This document shows positions 8,600 through 19,196 of a stretch of 60,803 nucleotides of DNA, one piece after another. The notes below the pieces were generated by a model that saw only the letters and a list, made by a program, of their open reading frames with translations, was not told the origin of the DNA and searched no databases. This DNA comes from a virus. Taxonomy: Duplodnaviria > Caudoviricetes. A program made the position numbers and the translations under genes. The stretch spans positions 1 to 60,803 of the IMG/VR virus record IMGVR_UViG_3300020044_008671; one strand, 5' to 3'. How positions within the stretch are numbered: position 1 is the first letter of the stretch; each line of letters begins with the position of its first letter.

Positions 8600-9427
8600 T
8601 TATGATATTTTGAAGTAAACTATTGGACAAGCAGTATTGTTGTTGGTATAAGCACCAAACGGATTCGGCAAAGTTCCAGCACCATAGGTTGAGCCTTTAA
8701 TAAATGAAGTCGTTTGAGTTGTTGTTACCGTTGCTTGTCCCATTATATTAAGCAATGCACCTCCTGTATTTGCAAAATTTCCTGTAATACTACAAGTTAC
8801 GCTTACCCAACAAGCAGTCCAATAGATTCCTTTAGTTAGTACCAATGGAGTTCCAAGAGTAACATTTTTTGAACCGTTAGAAGCTATATTTACCGAACCG
8901 CTAGTACATAGTAAAGCATTAGGTTCTCCTGCTGAATTACTATCATAAATGCCCCATGTTCCAAAAGAGCCAGCAGCAAATGCAACAACATTAATTGCTA
9001 TATCTGATATCGTTGTAGTTTTGGTGACAATAAATGGAATTAGATAAATATTGTTTAGGGTTGTAGATAAAGCTACCAATGTCCCTGTTAATAACATTGG
9101 CGTATGATATCTACCACCAATCCTGTTAAATTGTACTTCTTGTATTAAGTTTAAAGCAGTCTGTTGAGCAGTTGAAACAATTTTATTTACATCACTAGTA
9201 TCGTCAACGTTTCCCAAGCCAACTTGTAACTTAGTGACTGAATGGGGATTAGATAAATTGGCAACGTGTGTACTTAAGTCGCTAGAAGAAGTAGAATCAC
9301 CATCGGTAATAGCCTTTTGCAATGAAGCAGATGTCTTTAATAACAAAGCCTGCAGCGCATTATCATTCTCTAATCGAGTATTCGCTTCTTTTTTAATGTT
9401 TATTCGTAATACATCAAGATCTCTCAT
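8600..9427 (-). CDS. Tail or head fibre-like protein
   Basis: Fibre repeat HVANLSNPHSVTKLQVGLGNVDDTSDVNKIVSTAQQTALN followed by a beta-rich C-terminal domain. Confidence 0.75.
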   Translation of the reverse strand: MRDLDVLRINIKKEANTRLENDNALQALLLKTSASLQKAITDGDSTSSSDLSTHVANLSNPHSVTKLQVGLGNVDDTSDVNKIVSTAQQTALNLIQEVQFNRIGGRYHTPMLLTGTLVALSTTLNNIYLIPFIVTKTTTISDIAINVVAFAAGSFGTWGIYDSNSAGEPNALLCTSGSVNIASNGSKNVTLGTPLVLTKGIYWTACWVSVTCSITGNFANTGGALLNIMGQATVTTTQTTSFIKGSTYGAGTLPNPFGAYTNNNTACPIVYFKIS

Positions 9428-9428
9428 A

Positions 9429-9830
9429 TTAGTTTCTTTCAGGCATTTTTCTAGTCATAGCACCTTCCATGTTGTTATCTGAAGCAAGAATGTCGCTTTT
9501 TGCAACAACATTCTTTGATTTTTCCAACATTTCAAACAGTTTAGGCGATTTTTCAATAAGAGTTATAAACCTGCCAAAGATAACGTCATCTTTCTTGTTA
9601 TTCAAAAGAAGTGTGCAGTCAGCATTTCCACTTAAAAACAAATTAATGTCGTTTCCAACAGCTATTGCAGCCTTGGTAATTTGATTTTTTAAATGGGAAG
9701 AAGCGTCTATTTTAGCCTCTAGCATAAGACCTTCGGTAATTGACAAAAGCTTTTGTATGGTCGGATTTTCTTCGCAAACAAGACTAATATCCTCCATTTC
9801 TTGTGGAGTAAACATTGATTCAATAGCCAT
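9429..9830 (-). CDS. Hypothetical protein, possibly terminase small subunit (start revised to 9830)
   Basis: Helical 133-aa protein, first gene of the terL operon; assignment is by position only. Confidence 0.45.
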   Translation of the reverse strand: MAIESMFTPQEMEDISLVCEENPTIQKLLSITEGLMLEAKIDASSHLKNQITKAAIAVGNDINLFLSGNADCTLLLNNKKDDVIFGRFITLIEKSPKLFEMLEKSKNVVAKSDILASDNNMEGAMTRKMPERN

Positions 9831-9859
9831 TTTGTGTTGATAATTAGTTTGGTGTATTG

Positions 9860-9897
9860 CAAAGATAAAATAGTTTTGTGTTAATTTCATAGATTTG
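9860..9897. promoter_or_regulatory. Divergent promoter pair: TATCTTTG (- strand, 9860-9867) and TAGATTTG (+ strand, 9890-9897)
   Basis: Two TAnnTTTG motifs back to back at the genome's strand switch. Confidence 0.75.
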
Positions 9898-9920
9898 TAA
9901 ACAATTGTAAAACACATACC

Positions 9921-12128
9921 ATGGACTCTAATAGTACCTTAATGCCAGACTTGTTCGACTGCTCAATGCCGGATCTTACAGGGCCACCATCACAAAGGGA
10001 CGATAATTTTTATAAAAAAGCTATTAGACACTTTAGCAAGTTTTACAATCCAAGGCTGCAATCTTTTGAGTCCGACGAGACTCCTTATTACATGACCGAT
10101 CTTGAACAGATAAAAGAGAACTTCTCTTATATGTATGCAAGACAAAGCAATAAAGACTATGCTTATATGGCAACCGATGGCGTTACTAGAAAGCAAGATA
10201 GTCTAGGTATTGTGCCCGGAGGAAAGGTTTCACAGATTGTCGAATGGATGCGTGGTAAGTTCCAAGAGATGATTAACAACATGGAGTTGGAGGCCATATC
10301 TATTTCGCAGGATGCCAAAACAAGAGAGACCAACATGTTTGACAAGGTTATGCTATCTTATCTGTTAAAGCCTGAATTATCACAGTTAGCACAAGAAGGC
10401 GTAGACTTCATGCCTGCAGGACCAGACTTTAAGCCTGAAATATCAGAAGACGTTTATCGATGGATGGATCGTTCATTTTCAGCTAAGATGCAGATAACAT
10501 CAAAGTATATCGCGGACGATATTTTATACAACAACCATTACAAACAACTTTTCTTACGTGCAGCAACACACGTTTTAGTGGCAGGAAGAGCAGGAATAGA
10601 GGCTATCGCAGAAAAGGGAAAGATGAAACTTAATCAAATTCCTGCATGGCAGCTAATTACAGATACTAGCGTAGATGATGACTTTAACAGAAAGGCAAGG
10701 TTTGCAGGATATGTAACATACATGACTCCGGTAGAAATTTTTAGCCGATGGGACGACTTTTCAGTAGCCGACAAGGAGACCATTAAAAAACTTGCTAATG
10801 GAGACACGTTAAGCGACCAAGGCGAGATCACATATACCTCGTTTAACTCAAGCCACTCCAACTTTAACTGGTGGAACAGACACAAGGGAGGAGATATGGA
10901 AATTGCCGTTGTCAAGATGTACTTTAAGTGTACAGAAGATGCCAACTACAAAAAAAGATACGATAGATACGGCAACCCTCACATTAAAAAGCAAGACTAT
11001 CAAACTAAGACAAGCTCTTACACCTACCAAGGATGGAGACAAGGGGTGCTTATTGGCAATATGTTCTTACGTGATGCAGGCGAAGTGCCAAATAGAGTTG
11101 GAAGCGTCGGCTGTTTTGATGAAAGCGACTGCCCACTAAAGATATTCATGCCAAATATGAACCTTGGCGAAAACAGAAGTGTAACTGACAAGTTAAAAAA
11201 ACACCAAGATAGAATAGACGCCTTCAGAAGAAAGCTAACAGACAACGCAGCAAAGCTTGGAGGCAAAGGAATTGTAATTAACGGATCTATTTTTGGAATT
11301 AGAGAAAACGACAAGGTAGTTGCTGATTTAAAAAGAGATGGCGTTTCAGTAATCAATGCAGAATCAGGCGAGCCAGGAGAGGCTTCTCCATTTCAAGGTG
11401 CAATCATGCCTATCGACATGTCGGGAGATCCTAACATGCGCTATTATATTGACCTCATCCGAGAAGAGGAGCGTAACATGGAAGAAATATCTAACATTCC
11501 TAAGATAGCACAAGGAACACAAAGTGGATATGTAGGCGCAGGGGTGCAAGACAGAACATTAGCACAATCAGCCCTTGGCACAGCAACGCTATACTATGGA
11601 TTTATAGAATGGGTAAATTATTTAATGCAATATAGCGTAAATGTGGCCAAGTATGCGATGACAGCAAGTAATGACGACTACCATGCACGACTTAAAATAG
11701 GAGATATAGGATATAAATACGTTCATATCACAAGAGAGCTAAGATTAGAAGAGGTAAGTGTATGGTTTAAGGTGCAAGACGTAATCGACGAAAGCGCAAA
11801 AGGAAGAATACGAGCATACGCACAAGCCTTTAGTCAAAACCCTGAATGGGGAATAGATCCACTTGATATATTAGAGTTAGAAAGAGCTAGAACGTGGACA
11901 GAGATGATTAACAACTTGGAATACAGCCTTAAACGAAAAAAACGAGAGATGGCGCAGCAAAAGGTATATAATGATATGTTGGCGCAAATTCAGAACGAGC
12001 GAGCACAATCAGCGCAAGCAGAACAAGCTCAGTTACAATCAGAAACAAGCAGGGCAAATACACAAGATAAAATACAGGGAGACATTACTAAAGAGGCTAT
12101 AAAGCAAAATCCCGAACTTGTTAATTAA
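9921..12128 (+). CDS. Portal protein
   Basis: 735 aa, first gene of the structural operon; WRQGVLIGN, SVTDKLKKHQ, EEISNI..IAQG motifs and Q-rich C-terminal coil as in crAss/P22-type portals. Confidence 0.85.
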   Translation: MDSNSTLMPDLFDCSMPDLTGPPSQRDDNFYKKAIRHFSKFYNPRLQSFESDETPYYMTDLEQIKENFSYMYARQSNKDYAYMATDGVTRKQDSLGIVPGGKVSQIVEWMRGKFQEMINNMELEAISISQDAKTRETNMFDKVMLSYLLKPELSQLAQEGVDFMPAGPDFKPEISEDVYRWMDRSFSAKMQITSKYIADDILYNNHYKQLFLRAATHVLVAGRAGIEAIAEKGKMKLNQIPAWQLITDTSVDDDFNRKARFAGYVTYMTPVEIFSRWDDFSVADKETIKKLANGDTLSDQGEITYTSFNSSHSNFNWWNRHKGGDMEIAVVKMYFKCTEDANYKKRYDRYGNPHIKKQDYQTKTSSYTYQGWRQGVLIGNMFLRDAGEVPNRVGSVGCFDESDCPLKIFMPNMNLGENRSVTDKLKKHQDRIDAFRRKLTDNAAKLGGKGIVINGSIFGIRENDKVVADLKRDGVSVINAESGEPGEASPFQGAIMPIDMSGDPNMRYYIDLIREEERNMEEISNIPKIAQGTQSGYVGAGVQDRTLAQSALGTATLYYGFIEWVNYLMQYSVNVAKYAMTASNDDYHARLKIGDIGYKYVHITRELRLEEVSVWFKVQDVIDESAKGRIRAYAQAFSQNPEWGIDPLDILELERARTWTEMINNLEYSLKRKKREMAQQKVYNDMLAQIQNERAQSAQAEQAQLQSETSRANTQDKIQGDITKEAIKQNPELVN

Positions 12129-12189
12129 CTATACGAATAATATACAAAATATTTATTAAAAACATAAGTACGCACACCTCAATCGTTTA

Positions 12190-12197
12190 TAGATTTG
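12190..12197 (+). promoter_or_regulatory. -7 promoter element TAGATTTG
   Basis: Intergenic TAnnTTTG upstream of 12222; same octamer as at 9890. Confidence 0.7.
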
Positions 12198-12221
12198 AGG
12201 ACATAACGAACACCACCAACC

Positions 12222-13343
12222 ATGAACATTAAAATTAACAAACAATTATCCCCTGGAGTAGAAGGCGATATCACAGACGTTCTTGATAACTATGGAGAGT
12301 CTCTAATACAAGGAGACAATAGTCCTGCAACTGAACGACAACAGCAAGCTCCTTTTAACATTACCGAAGAAGGTCCTGTTAAAAAGGACATGCCAATACA
12401 GCCTCAAAGAGCCGAAGTACTTAACTTAGAAAATGTCAATAATGAGCCGTTAGGCATTGAGACAGAATTTGAGACACAACAGTACAACCCACAAAACTTC
12501 GACTCTTTAGATGATTTAGAAAATGGAATCGACATTTCTATTGACAGCCACAACCTAACACCCGAAGAAGTAGAGGCCAAGAAAAAGACTGCGGAAAGAG
12601 AGGCAAAAATTAAAGCTTGGGAAGAGTTTCAGCCATTTATAGAAACAGATCCATTCGTACAGTCTTATATAGAATGGAAAAAGGCAGGAGGAACATCATT
12701 TTCAGAGTTTGTAGAAAGTGTAACTGGCGACGACCTATCAAAACTATCAGAGGAAGATATATTTTCATTTGCAGTAAGGAATATTGATGGTATCACAGAC
12801 GACGACGAGGCAGAAATGGCACTTAATGACTATTTGATGATGCCCGACAACCTTCGTGCAAAGACTAAAAAGCAAATCTTACAAGCAGCAGACAGCGTTC
12901 GTGTAGAACGAGTAAAGCAACTTGGATTAGACATAAGAAAAACAGAAGAAATTAAAAGAGAACACCAACAAAAAGGACATGTAGAGCTTGGGAGCTTCTT
13001 AAAAAAAGTGGAGGGGAAATCGTACAATGGATTGGTTATTACGCCAGAAATGAATGCGAAGATCAAAGACAAAGTGGTAAAAGACTTTGCCTATTATGAC
13101 ACCCGAGAAGGTTACAAGGTTAAAGAATCTTGGGACTACCATTTTTGGAAGATGTATGCAAAAGACGTTATCAACGTTAATGCTAGCCAAAAACTAAATG
13201 CCGGAAGAGAGGAAGTTCTCGAATCAGTGATTAGACCTAGCGCAGACACAATACCACGAAACAATTCAATGGCTTCAAGATCGCAAGACGACGAGGAGTA
13301 CAGAAGAGCATCGTCAGACTTTGCCAACGAGCGATTAGGTTAA
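12222..13343 (+). CDS. Probable capsid scaffolding protein
   Basis: Acidic disordered N-terminus, helical C-terminus, located between portal and major capsid genes. Confidence 0.7.
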   Translation: MNIKINKQLSPGVEGDITDVLDNYGESLIQGDNSPATERQQQAPFNITEEGPVKKDMPIQPQRAEVLNLENVNNEPLGIETEFETQQYNPQNFDSLDDLENGIDISIDSHNLTPEEVEAKKKTAEREAKIKAWEEFQPFIETDPFVQSYIEWKKAGGTSFSEFVESVTGDDLSKLSEEDIFSFAVRNIDGITDDDEAEMALNDYLMMPDNLRAKTKKQILQAADSVRVERVKQLGLDIRKTEEIKREHQQKGHVELGSFLKKVEGKSYNGLVITPEMNAKIKDKVVKDFAYYDTREGYKVKESWDYHFWKMYAKDVINVNASQKLNAGREEVLESVIRPSADTIPRNNSMASRSQDDEEYRRASSDFANERLG

Positions 13344-13376
13344 TCTATAAAATTAACCAACTAAAAACTAAAAAAA

Positions 13377-14741
13377 ATGGGTGCAGTAAGTAATCTATCC
13401 TTAGCCGACAACCTTGTGTTGAAGATGCTAAATGATCCGGAGCGCAGCGATGTCGTTTGGGGATCTGACCTTGGATATAATAAAATCCAACAATTAACCG
13501 ACCTTATGAACAAGAAGGCAGGCGGTTCAAAAAGAGTTTACCAACAAAAGTTTGAAATGTACAAACTTGGTAGCTTAGAAATTACACAGGCTATTGGAGC
13601 AGCAGCTACAACTTCCGGTGCAGCATCAGGTAACATAATCGTTACTTTGGCGCAACCAAACAATAACTTTCGTGAGAGAGATATTATCGCAGATACAAAC
13701 ATGGTTCAAGGTAAGATTGAGCGCGTGTTGAGTTCTACGCAGTTTGAATTATCGCCATCTACAACAACTTGGAACACATCATTACACTTTACTAATGGCT
13801 CTTATGCTAAGGTATTGTATGATGCTTCTCCAAACAGAGGAAGTAGAGGTAAGTCAAGCCTTACGGTAACTCCGGATTCTGACTTCAACTATACAGGTGT
13901 TTCTCGTGAAAGCAATCACATGTATATTGCTGATGGAATTAAGACTTATCCTAAGTATAAAGGTAAATATTGGTACACTTCGCATCAGACAATGACGCTT
14001 CAACGTTTTGCAAAGAACGAAGAGAAGAGATCATTATTCTCTGAAAGACGTATCTTAAATGCAGGAACTCCACAAGAGACCTACACAACTGGAGCATTAC
14101 GTTGGAACATTATCAACAATGGTGGTACTTACTTGCCGTTAACAGGAAAAATCACTCGTGACGAGTGGCATGACTTCTTAAACAGCATGATGCAAAAGAC
14201 TACCAACAATGGTCGTAGAATTGTAGCGTTAATGGGCCAGCAGTTTATGTCTGACTTACAAGACCTTAATCGTGATGCTATCACATACGCCGGTAATCAA
14301 AACACTTTCGGTGGATTATCTGTAAAAGGATTTGATACACGTATGTATGCTTCAGCAGGCATGGAGGTTGAGTTTGACCGCTACCCATTGTTTGATGATC
14401 CTGAGTTCTTCCCTGAAATCAGTAACATCACAGGAAAGCGTCGTTGGTCAACATCTTGTTTATTGCTAGACTTAACACCAATTGAGTCAGCAGATGGAAC
14501 AGGAGAAATGGTTGCTCCAATTCAAAAGCGTCACTTCGGATCAGTAGAGACTCGTATGAAATACCTTCCAGGTATGATGAGCCTTGAAGAGATGAACGAT
14601 GATCGTGCTGCAGAAGTAATGAAATCAGGAGATTTCTCTTTAGCGGTAAGTGATTTGGATGCTTGTCAATTTGAGCTTTATCGTAATTCTGGTTGGTACA
14701 TTATACCTAAGAAGTTAGGTTTAATTGAATTAATCGACTAA
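13377..14741 (+). CDS. Major capsid protein
   Basis: 454 aa after the scaffold; EEKRSLFSER...TTGALRWNI..NGG and YPLFDD motifs consistent with crAss-like HK97-fold capsid proteins. Confidence 0.8.
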   Translation: MGAVSNLSLADNLVLKMLNDPERSDVVWGSDLGYNKIQQLTDLMNKKAGGSKRVYQQKFEMYKLGSLEITQAIGAAATTSGAASGNIIVTLAQPNNNFRERDIIADTNMVQGKIERVLSSTQFELSPSTTTWNTSLHFTNGSYAKVLYDASPNRGSRGKSSLTVTPDSDFNYTGVSRESNHMYIADGIKTYPKYKGKYWYTSHQTMTLQRFAKNEEKRSLFSERRILNAGTPQETYTTGALRWNIINNGGTYLPLTGKITRDEWHDFLNSMMQKTTNNGRRIVALMGQQFMSDLQDLNRDAITYAGNQNTFGGLSVKGFDTRMYASAGMEVEFDRYPLFDDPEFFPEISNITGKRRWSTSCLLLDLTPIESADGTGEMVAPIQKRHFGSVETRMKYLPGMMSLEEMNDDRAAEVMKSGDFSLAVSDLDACQFELYRNSGWYIIPKKLGLIELID

Positions 14742-14778
14742 TCAATTTAAAATCTAAAAAAATAGGAGGAAAATAATA

Positions 14779-15516
14779 ATGGAACAAAAAACTTATGTTC
14801 TTAATAGTGTTGCGGCATCAGCAGCCGACATCACATTAGCGGGAGGTATTCTTACCTTCACAGGAAATGACGCTGGATTAAAAGTAGCTTTAGATTATCT
14901 ATTGCTTGACCGTCCGGTAATTGCGCGTGTAGCGCCAGTAGCGGAGACGTTACAGGTATCTACATTTACCTACACGTTTGCGGTAAATAAAGTTTTTTCT
15001 TTTAATATCATGCAACGTGTGGATGATGAAAACTTACAAGCTACAATATCTGTAGATTCCACTAACCCTGGATTATCAACAGATGCTCTAGTGCAGGCAG
15101 CTTTCATCAAAAAAGCAACAGCATTTGGCTTTAAAATTACCCCAACTTCAGCAGCAGGGGTAATAACGTTAACAGCGCAAGCAGGATATCCGAAGTTTAA
15201 GATAGTAGCAATCAGCAATGGTGTAGCTGCTACAACAACTGCAGGGGTAAATGCTATCGGCGACTTCGCTGACGTTGTTGCGCAAGGCGGAACGCCAACA
15301 GTTGGAAATACGTACTCAAAGTATGAGTTTGTATCAAGACACATTGGAGGAGAGATGTTTGGAAAAGAAGCATCAGCAGAGACAAGAAAATACATTTGGT
15401 TTATTAACAATGGAGATGGCGACGCAGCAGCGTTGTACACTCGTGTTAACAACTACATTGCAGGTCTTGACAATGCAGGTACAGCTCCAAATCAAGAAGG
15501 ATTTAGCGGTAACTAA
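14779..15516 (+). CDS. Auxiliary capsid/decoration protein
   Basis: Ala/Thr/Gly-rich beta protein directly after the major capsid gene and before a terminator. Confidence 0.6.
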   Translation: MEQKTYVLNSVAASAADITLAGGILTFTGNDAGLKVALDYLLLDRPVIARVAPVAETLQVSTFTYTFAVNKVFSFNIMQRVDDENLQATISVDSTNPGLSTDALVQAAFIKKATAFGFKITPTSAAGVITLTAQAGYPKFKIVAISNGVAATTTAGVNAIGDFADVVAQGGTPTVGNTYSKYEFVSRHIGGEMFGKEASAETRKYIWFINNGDGDAAALYTRVNNYIAGLDNAGTAPNQEGFSGN

Positions 15517-15524
15517 AAAGAGTG

Positions 15525-15561
15525 AAAAGGGATGGGGGATAATATCCCCCTTCCTTTTTTT
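15525..15561 (+). terminator. Rho-independent terminator
   Basis: GGGGGAT-aat-ATCCCCC stem followed by a T-run. Confidence 0.85.
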
Positions 15562-15594
15562 AATTAAGCACAACAAACAAAAACACCAATAACC

Positions 15595-16701
15595 ATGAAA
15601 CTACAAGATTGTATTATTAAGCCAATCAACGAAAGTGACGCTACCGTTCCGGGTAGATACTTTGACCTTAAAGAAAGGCAAGCTGTTTTTTTAACGACAA
15701 GCTTTAAGATTAGAAAAGGAGAGCTTTTGCCAGGAGAACACATGTGGAACTTATTTCTTCCACACAAGCAAAAAGCAGGGCATAGATTCCAATGGGATCA
15801 ATCAAACCCTGAACATGAAGGATCGATATTAAGAACCTTCCTTATGCGACATACACTTGTCAAGGTGGAGGGGTATGATAACCCTAACCTTAGATCAGAA
15901 ACATTTTCACTTGTCGATCAGTTGTCGGTAAATGAAGATATGTACGACAGGGTAAAAGAAGTTAACCGCATGGTCAACATCATCAACTCTATGTCGTGGG
16001 AAGAACAGAAAGACGTTTGCTATTCATTTGGAGGAAACCCTACCAAGCTTACAAAAAGAGAGCTGTACCTTGATTTAATACATCCTATTTCGGGACGATT
16101 AATATTTCAAGACCTTGCTGCAAGCCCTATCATTGATAAATGTGTAGACTTCTTAAATAAGTTTGGAAAAGACAACTTAAATGAAGCTACTCGCATTGAG
16201 ACAATTTGCAAAAAAGCAATTATACTTGGCATTATTGTTAGAAAGGCTAGCGAGTCAAGTACTATCTATTTGCTTGATGGAGAGACCATTGCTAACTCAG
16301 AAGAGGGCGTTATTGCGTACATGCAGACCAACAAAAGTAAATACGAGAACCAAGTAAAGAAAGTTGTTGAGATGAAAGATTTGTATTCTGAACCGGAAGA
16401 CTTAGATAGTCAGCCATCACTAGGCACGTTTGCGGATGCTGCAAAAAAACTAGAAAAGGGCAAGACTCCTCCTGCGATAAGAACAGGAAATACAGAGCCT
16501 CCTGCTGACAATGTTTGGACCGTAGAGCAACACGAAGCGCTAGTAGCACAATACGAAAAGACAAAAAGAACGCCAAAAGCTAAAGAAGAAAAGGCGCTAC
16601 TGCTTGATAAGATGTCGGATCTAATAACAACAGCCGAAGAAAGCCTTGAAAAGCAAGGGATAAAGTTTGATATATCAGGATTCGCCAAAATTCCTGCATA
16701 G
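15595..16701 (+). CDS. Hypothetical virion-associated protein
   Basis: 368-aa ORF; KAIILGII...YLLDGETIANSEEGVIAYM resembles the conserved gene after capsid genes in crAss-like phages. Confidence 0.6.
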   Translation: MKLQDCIIKPINESDATVPGRYFDLKERQAVFLTTSFKIRKGELLPGEHMWNLFLPHKQKAGHRFQWDQSNPEHEGSILRTFLMRHTLVKVEGYDNPNLRSETFSLVDQLSVNEDMYDRVKEVNRMVNIINSMSWEEQKDVCYSFGGNPTKLTKRELYLDLIHPISGRLIFQDLAASPIIDKCVDFLNKFGKDNLNEATRIETICKKAIILGIIVRKASESSTIYLLDGETIANSEEGVIAYMQTNKSKYENQVKKVVEMKDLYSEPEDLDSQPSLGTFADAAKKLEKGKTPPAIRTGNTEPPADNVWTVEQHEALVAQYEKTKRTPKAKEEKALLLDKMSDLITTAEESLEKQGIKFDISGFAKIPA

Positions 16702-16757
16702 TAAGTAAGAGTGTATTGGCATATTCGGGTTTGGTGATCCGTTCGTGCTTGGTAATT

Positions 16758-16781
16758 TGCAGGACTTAGTTCCTGCATTTT
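16758..16781 (+). terminator. Rho-independent terminator
   Basis: TGCAGGA-cttagt-TCCTGCA followed by TTTT. Confidence 0.75.
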
Positions 16782-16793
16782 ACTTTTTATTTA

Positions 16794-16801
16794 TATCTTT
16801 G
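16794..16801 (+). promoter_or_regulatory. -7 promoter element TATCTTTG
   Basis: TAnnTTTG just after the terminator and before the ATG at 16816. Confidence 0.7.
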
Positions 16802-16815
16802 AACAAACAAGCGAG

Positions 16816-17676
16816 ATGTTAACAGGAGACGAAATACTACGAATCTTTAAGCTTAAGATTGACAGATCCTACACAGGCTACATTGATACGCCTAAATTAA
16901 ATAGACTATTAAATATTGTTGTCACAAAGCTTATTGACGACAAGGTTTCTTTGTATCGGCAGAACCAAAAAATAGCGGATGAAATACAGCCATTAGTAGT
17001 TTATAAAAAGCCTATAAACATTAATAACAACAAAGTTCCAGTAAAAAACATGTCTATCAAGGCAGTTAGTATTGCAGGACTAAACGTTACGCTAACAGTA
17101 GAGAACGAAGAGCATAACTTAAATGTTGCTGATACAATTACACTAAGCAATATTGCCTTATCAGGGCTTACAGGGCTTAACGCCACAGGAACAATAACTA
17201 TTAAGACTACAAACTCTTTAACATTTGTCAATACAGGAGCAGTAGCAGGAACGTATATTGCCAACTCTTTAGAGATGTCCTCTCCAAAATTTTTAGGAGA
17301 CTATTATAGACTATTAAACTTAAAGTGTAACTTTTCATCGGTAGGAGCAGTAAATTTCATTACAGGAATAAGCAGGATAGCTGAACTTGGCAATGCTTTT
17401 GGGAAGGCTACGACAAGATTTCCAAAGGCGGAATTATCAAACAATTTTATCTATATTGAGCCATCAACGGTAGCGTGTACAAGTGCGGAAGCGTATTACA
17501 TTAGAAAGATGCCAAAAGATATCGATACGTCAAATAGCGTATATGATTATAGCTTATTTTTGAATGACAAGATGATAGATAAAATTACAGATGACGCAGC
17601 CCTATTTTGGGCAGGGTACGTAAAAGATCCCGAAAGTTTTAAAATACAAGAGTCAATTATAATTGATAACCCTTAA
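16816..17676 (+). CDS. Tail ring/adaptor protein with an inserted beta domain
   Basis: Helical N-terminus (FKLKIDR...LNRLLN), YYIRKMP and C-terminal helix typical of podovirus ring proteins; central Thr/Asn-rich insertion. Confidence 0.6.
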   Translation: MLTGDEILRIFKLKIDRSYTGYIDTPKLNRLLNIVVTKLIDDKVSLYRQNQKIADEIQPLVVYKKPININNNKVPVKNMSIKAVSIAGLNVTLTVENEEHNLNVADTITLSNIALSGLTGLNATGTITIKTTNSLTFVNTGAVAGTYIANSLEMSSPKFLGDYYRLLNLKCNFSSVGAVNFITGISRIAELGNAFGKATTRFPKAELSNNFIYIEPSTVACTSAEAYYIRKMPKDIDTSNSVYDYSLFLNDKMIDKITDDAALFWAGYVKDPESFKIQESIIIDNP

Positions 17677-17687
17677 TCATTAAAAAA

Positions 17688-18830
17688 ATGAATTCTTTAC
17701 CACAAACACAAAAGACGTTAAGCGAAAGAATGCGAAGTAATGCAGGAGCGCATATTACAAATTCAGACCTAAATATGCTTTGTCAAGAGATTGAGGCTTT
17801 AAGTGGAGATTATACTACAACGTTTGTTAATTTATCGGCACAAGGAACCACATCAGCTACAACGGCAATTACAAGATATGGCGTAAACGTATTTACAACA
17901 GTAAATTCTACAAATTACGCTGCCATTTTACCGCAACCAATAACAGGGAAAACCGTAAAGATTGTTAATAGAGGAACAACAACACTTGCATTGTACCCAT
18001 CAAATCCAGGAGGGCAAATAAACATGTCGTCAGTTAATGCTCCTGCACAAATACCTCCAGATGGAAAGCTATATGAATTTATCTGTATAGAAAACCCTTT
18101 GCCAGGGGCGTGGACATGGAATCCTCCTGCAACGGCACAATACGATAGCGGAGATGTAACATCTAATATTACATTAGGCACAAATGCCGTAATTAGTGCA
18201 ATAGACACAACAACAAAGATTGAAAATCTAGGATTTTACGGAACAACAGGATGGGCTTTTAATGGCAAAAACCAACCTCCTATCTTTTTTGGAGGCACAT
18301 CTCCAACTGCTGCTGCTGCATTTAAGCCTGCAATTGGATGGAATGCTATTTCAAAAGTAAAGGTTTATACTAATATGAGTGCAACTAATCAAAATGTTAC
18401 ATTTGGATTAAGTTCAGGTGCAGGGTTCAATTATTATGATCCTGCTAACGGAAATTTTGTAACTAACGGACCATCAGGAGGCGGTAATTATGGCAACCCT
18501 TCAACTCCAGGTAATGCAGGTCTTTATGGTTACTGCAACCAAGCGGTTACAGGAGCGACACTTGCACAAAATCAACTTACAACAAATGTAGGCGACCCAG
18601 GAACTTGCTTTGGGGAGTTAACATTTTTTGGAGGAGGCACATCTATTGGAGGCGGAATAGATTCTCGTTTAGGAGATTTCTATAACGGACCAATCCCTAA
18701 CCCATTTTTAATATCATACCCAACAATACCAATTGTTGATTCATGGTTGACTGGCTATATAAACTTTCAGATTCAGCCAAGAGTAAATTTAACAGGGTTT
18801 AAATTCAGATTTTTTTTAGAATATTATTAA
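17688..18830 (+). CDS. Fibre-like structural protein
   Basis: Gly/Thr/Asn-rich; AQGTTSATTAI...ILP.P..G..V.IVN.G...L.LYP..GGQIN module. Confidence 0.6.
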   Translation: MNSLPQTQKTLSERMRSNAGAHITNSDLNMLCQEIEALSGDYTTTFVNLSAQGTTSATTAITRYGVNVFTTVNSTNYAAILPQPITGKTVKIVNRGTTTLALYPSNPGGQINMSSVNAPAQIPPDGKLYEFICIENPLPGAWTWNPPATAQYDSGDVTSNITLGTNAVISAIDTTTKIENLGFYGTTGWAFNGKNQPPIFFGGTSPTAAAAFKPAIGWNAISKVKVYTNMSATNQNVTFGLSSGAGFNYYDPANGNFVTNGPSGGGNYGNPSTPGNAGLYGYCNQAVTGATLAQNQLTTNVGDPGTCFGELTFFGGGTSIGGGIDSRLGDFYNGPIPNPFLISYPTIPIVDSWLTGYINFQIQPRVNLTGFKFRFFLEYY

Positions 18831-18895
18831 ACAATATTGTTAGAGAAACTAAAATTGTATAAGATTATAACTAATAATTTAAAAAACTAAAAATC

Positions 18896-19195
18896 ATGGG
18901 ACAAGATCCAAAAACTACTATTAAAAAGCAAAGGAATAGTAAAAACAAAAGTATGGTGAAAACGCAAACAGAAATACCTCCAAAAAGAGGTTCTGGATGG
19001 GAAAACATTCCTGAAAATGCTACATCAAGATACGTTAAAAATGTTGTTAAAACAAAAAAAGACGGAAATATAATTAAGTATAAACGAAAATCAGAAGATT
19101 TTTCGCCAAACAGCGAAGGACTATCTCAAAATAAAACAAAGAGCGTAGTAAAAATTAACAGAGTTACAGGTAAAGTAAAAAGCAGAACAAAATAA
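18896..19195 (+). CDS. Small Lys-rich basic protein (paralog of 19501..19770)
   Basis: Starts MGQDPKTTIKKQR; strongly basic. Confidence 0.75.
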   Translation: MGQDPKTTIKKQRNSKNKSMVKTQTEIPPKRGSGWENIPENATSRYVKNVVKTKKDGNIIKYKRKSEDFSPNSEGLSQNKTKSVVKINRVTGKVKSRTK

Positions 19196-19196
19196 C

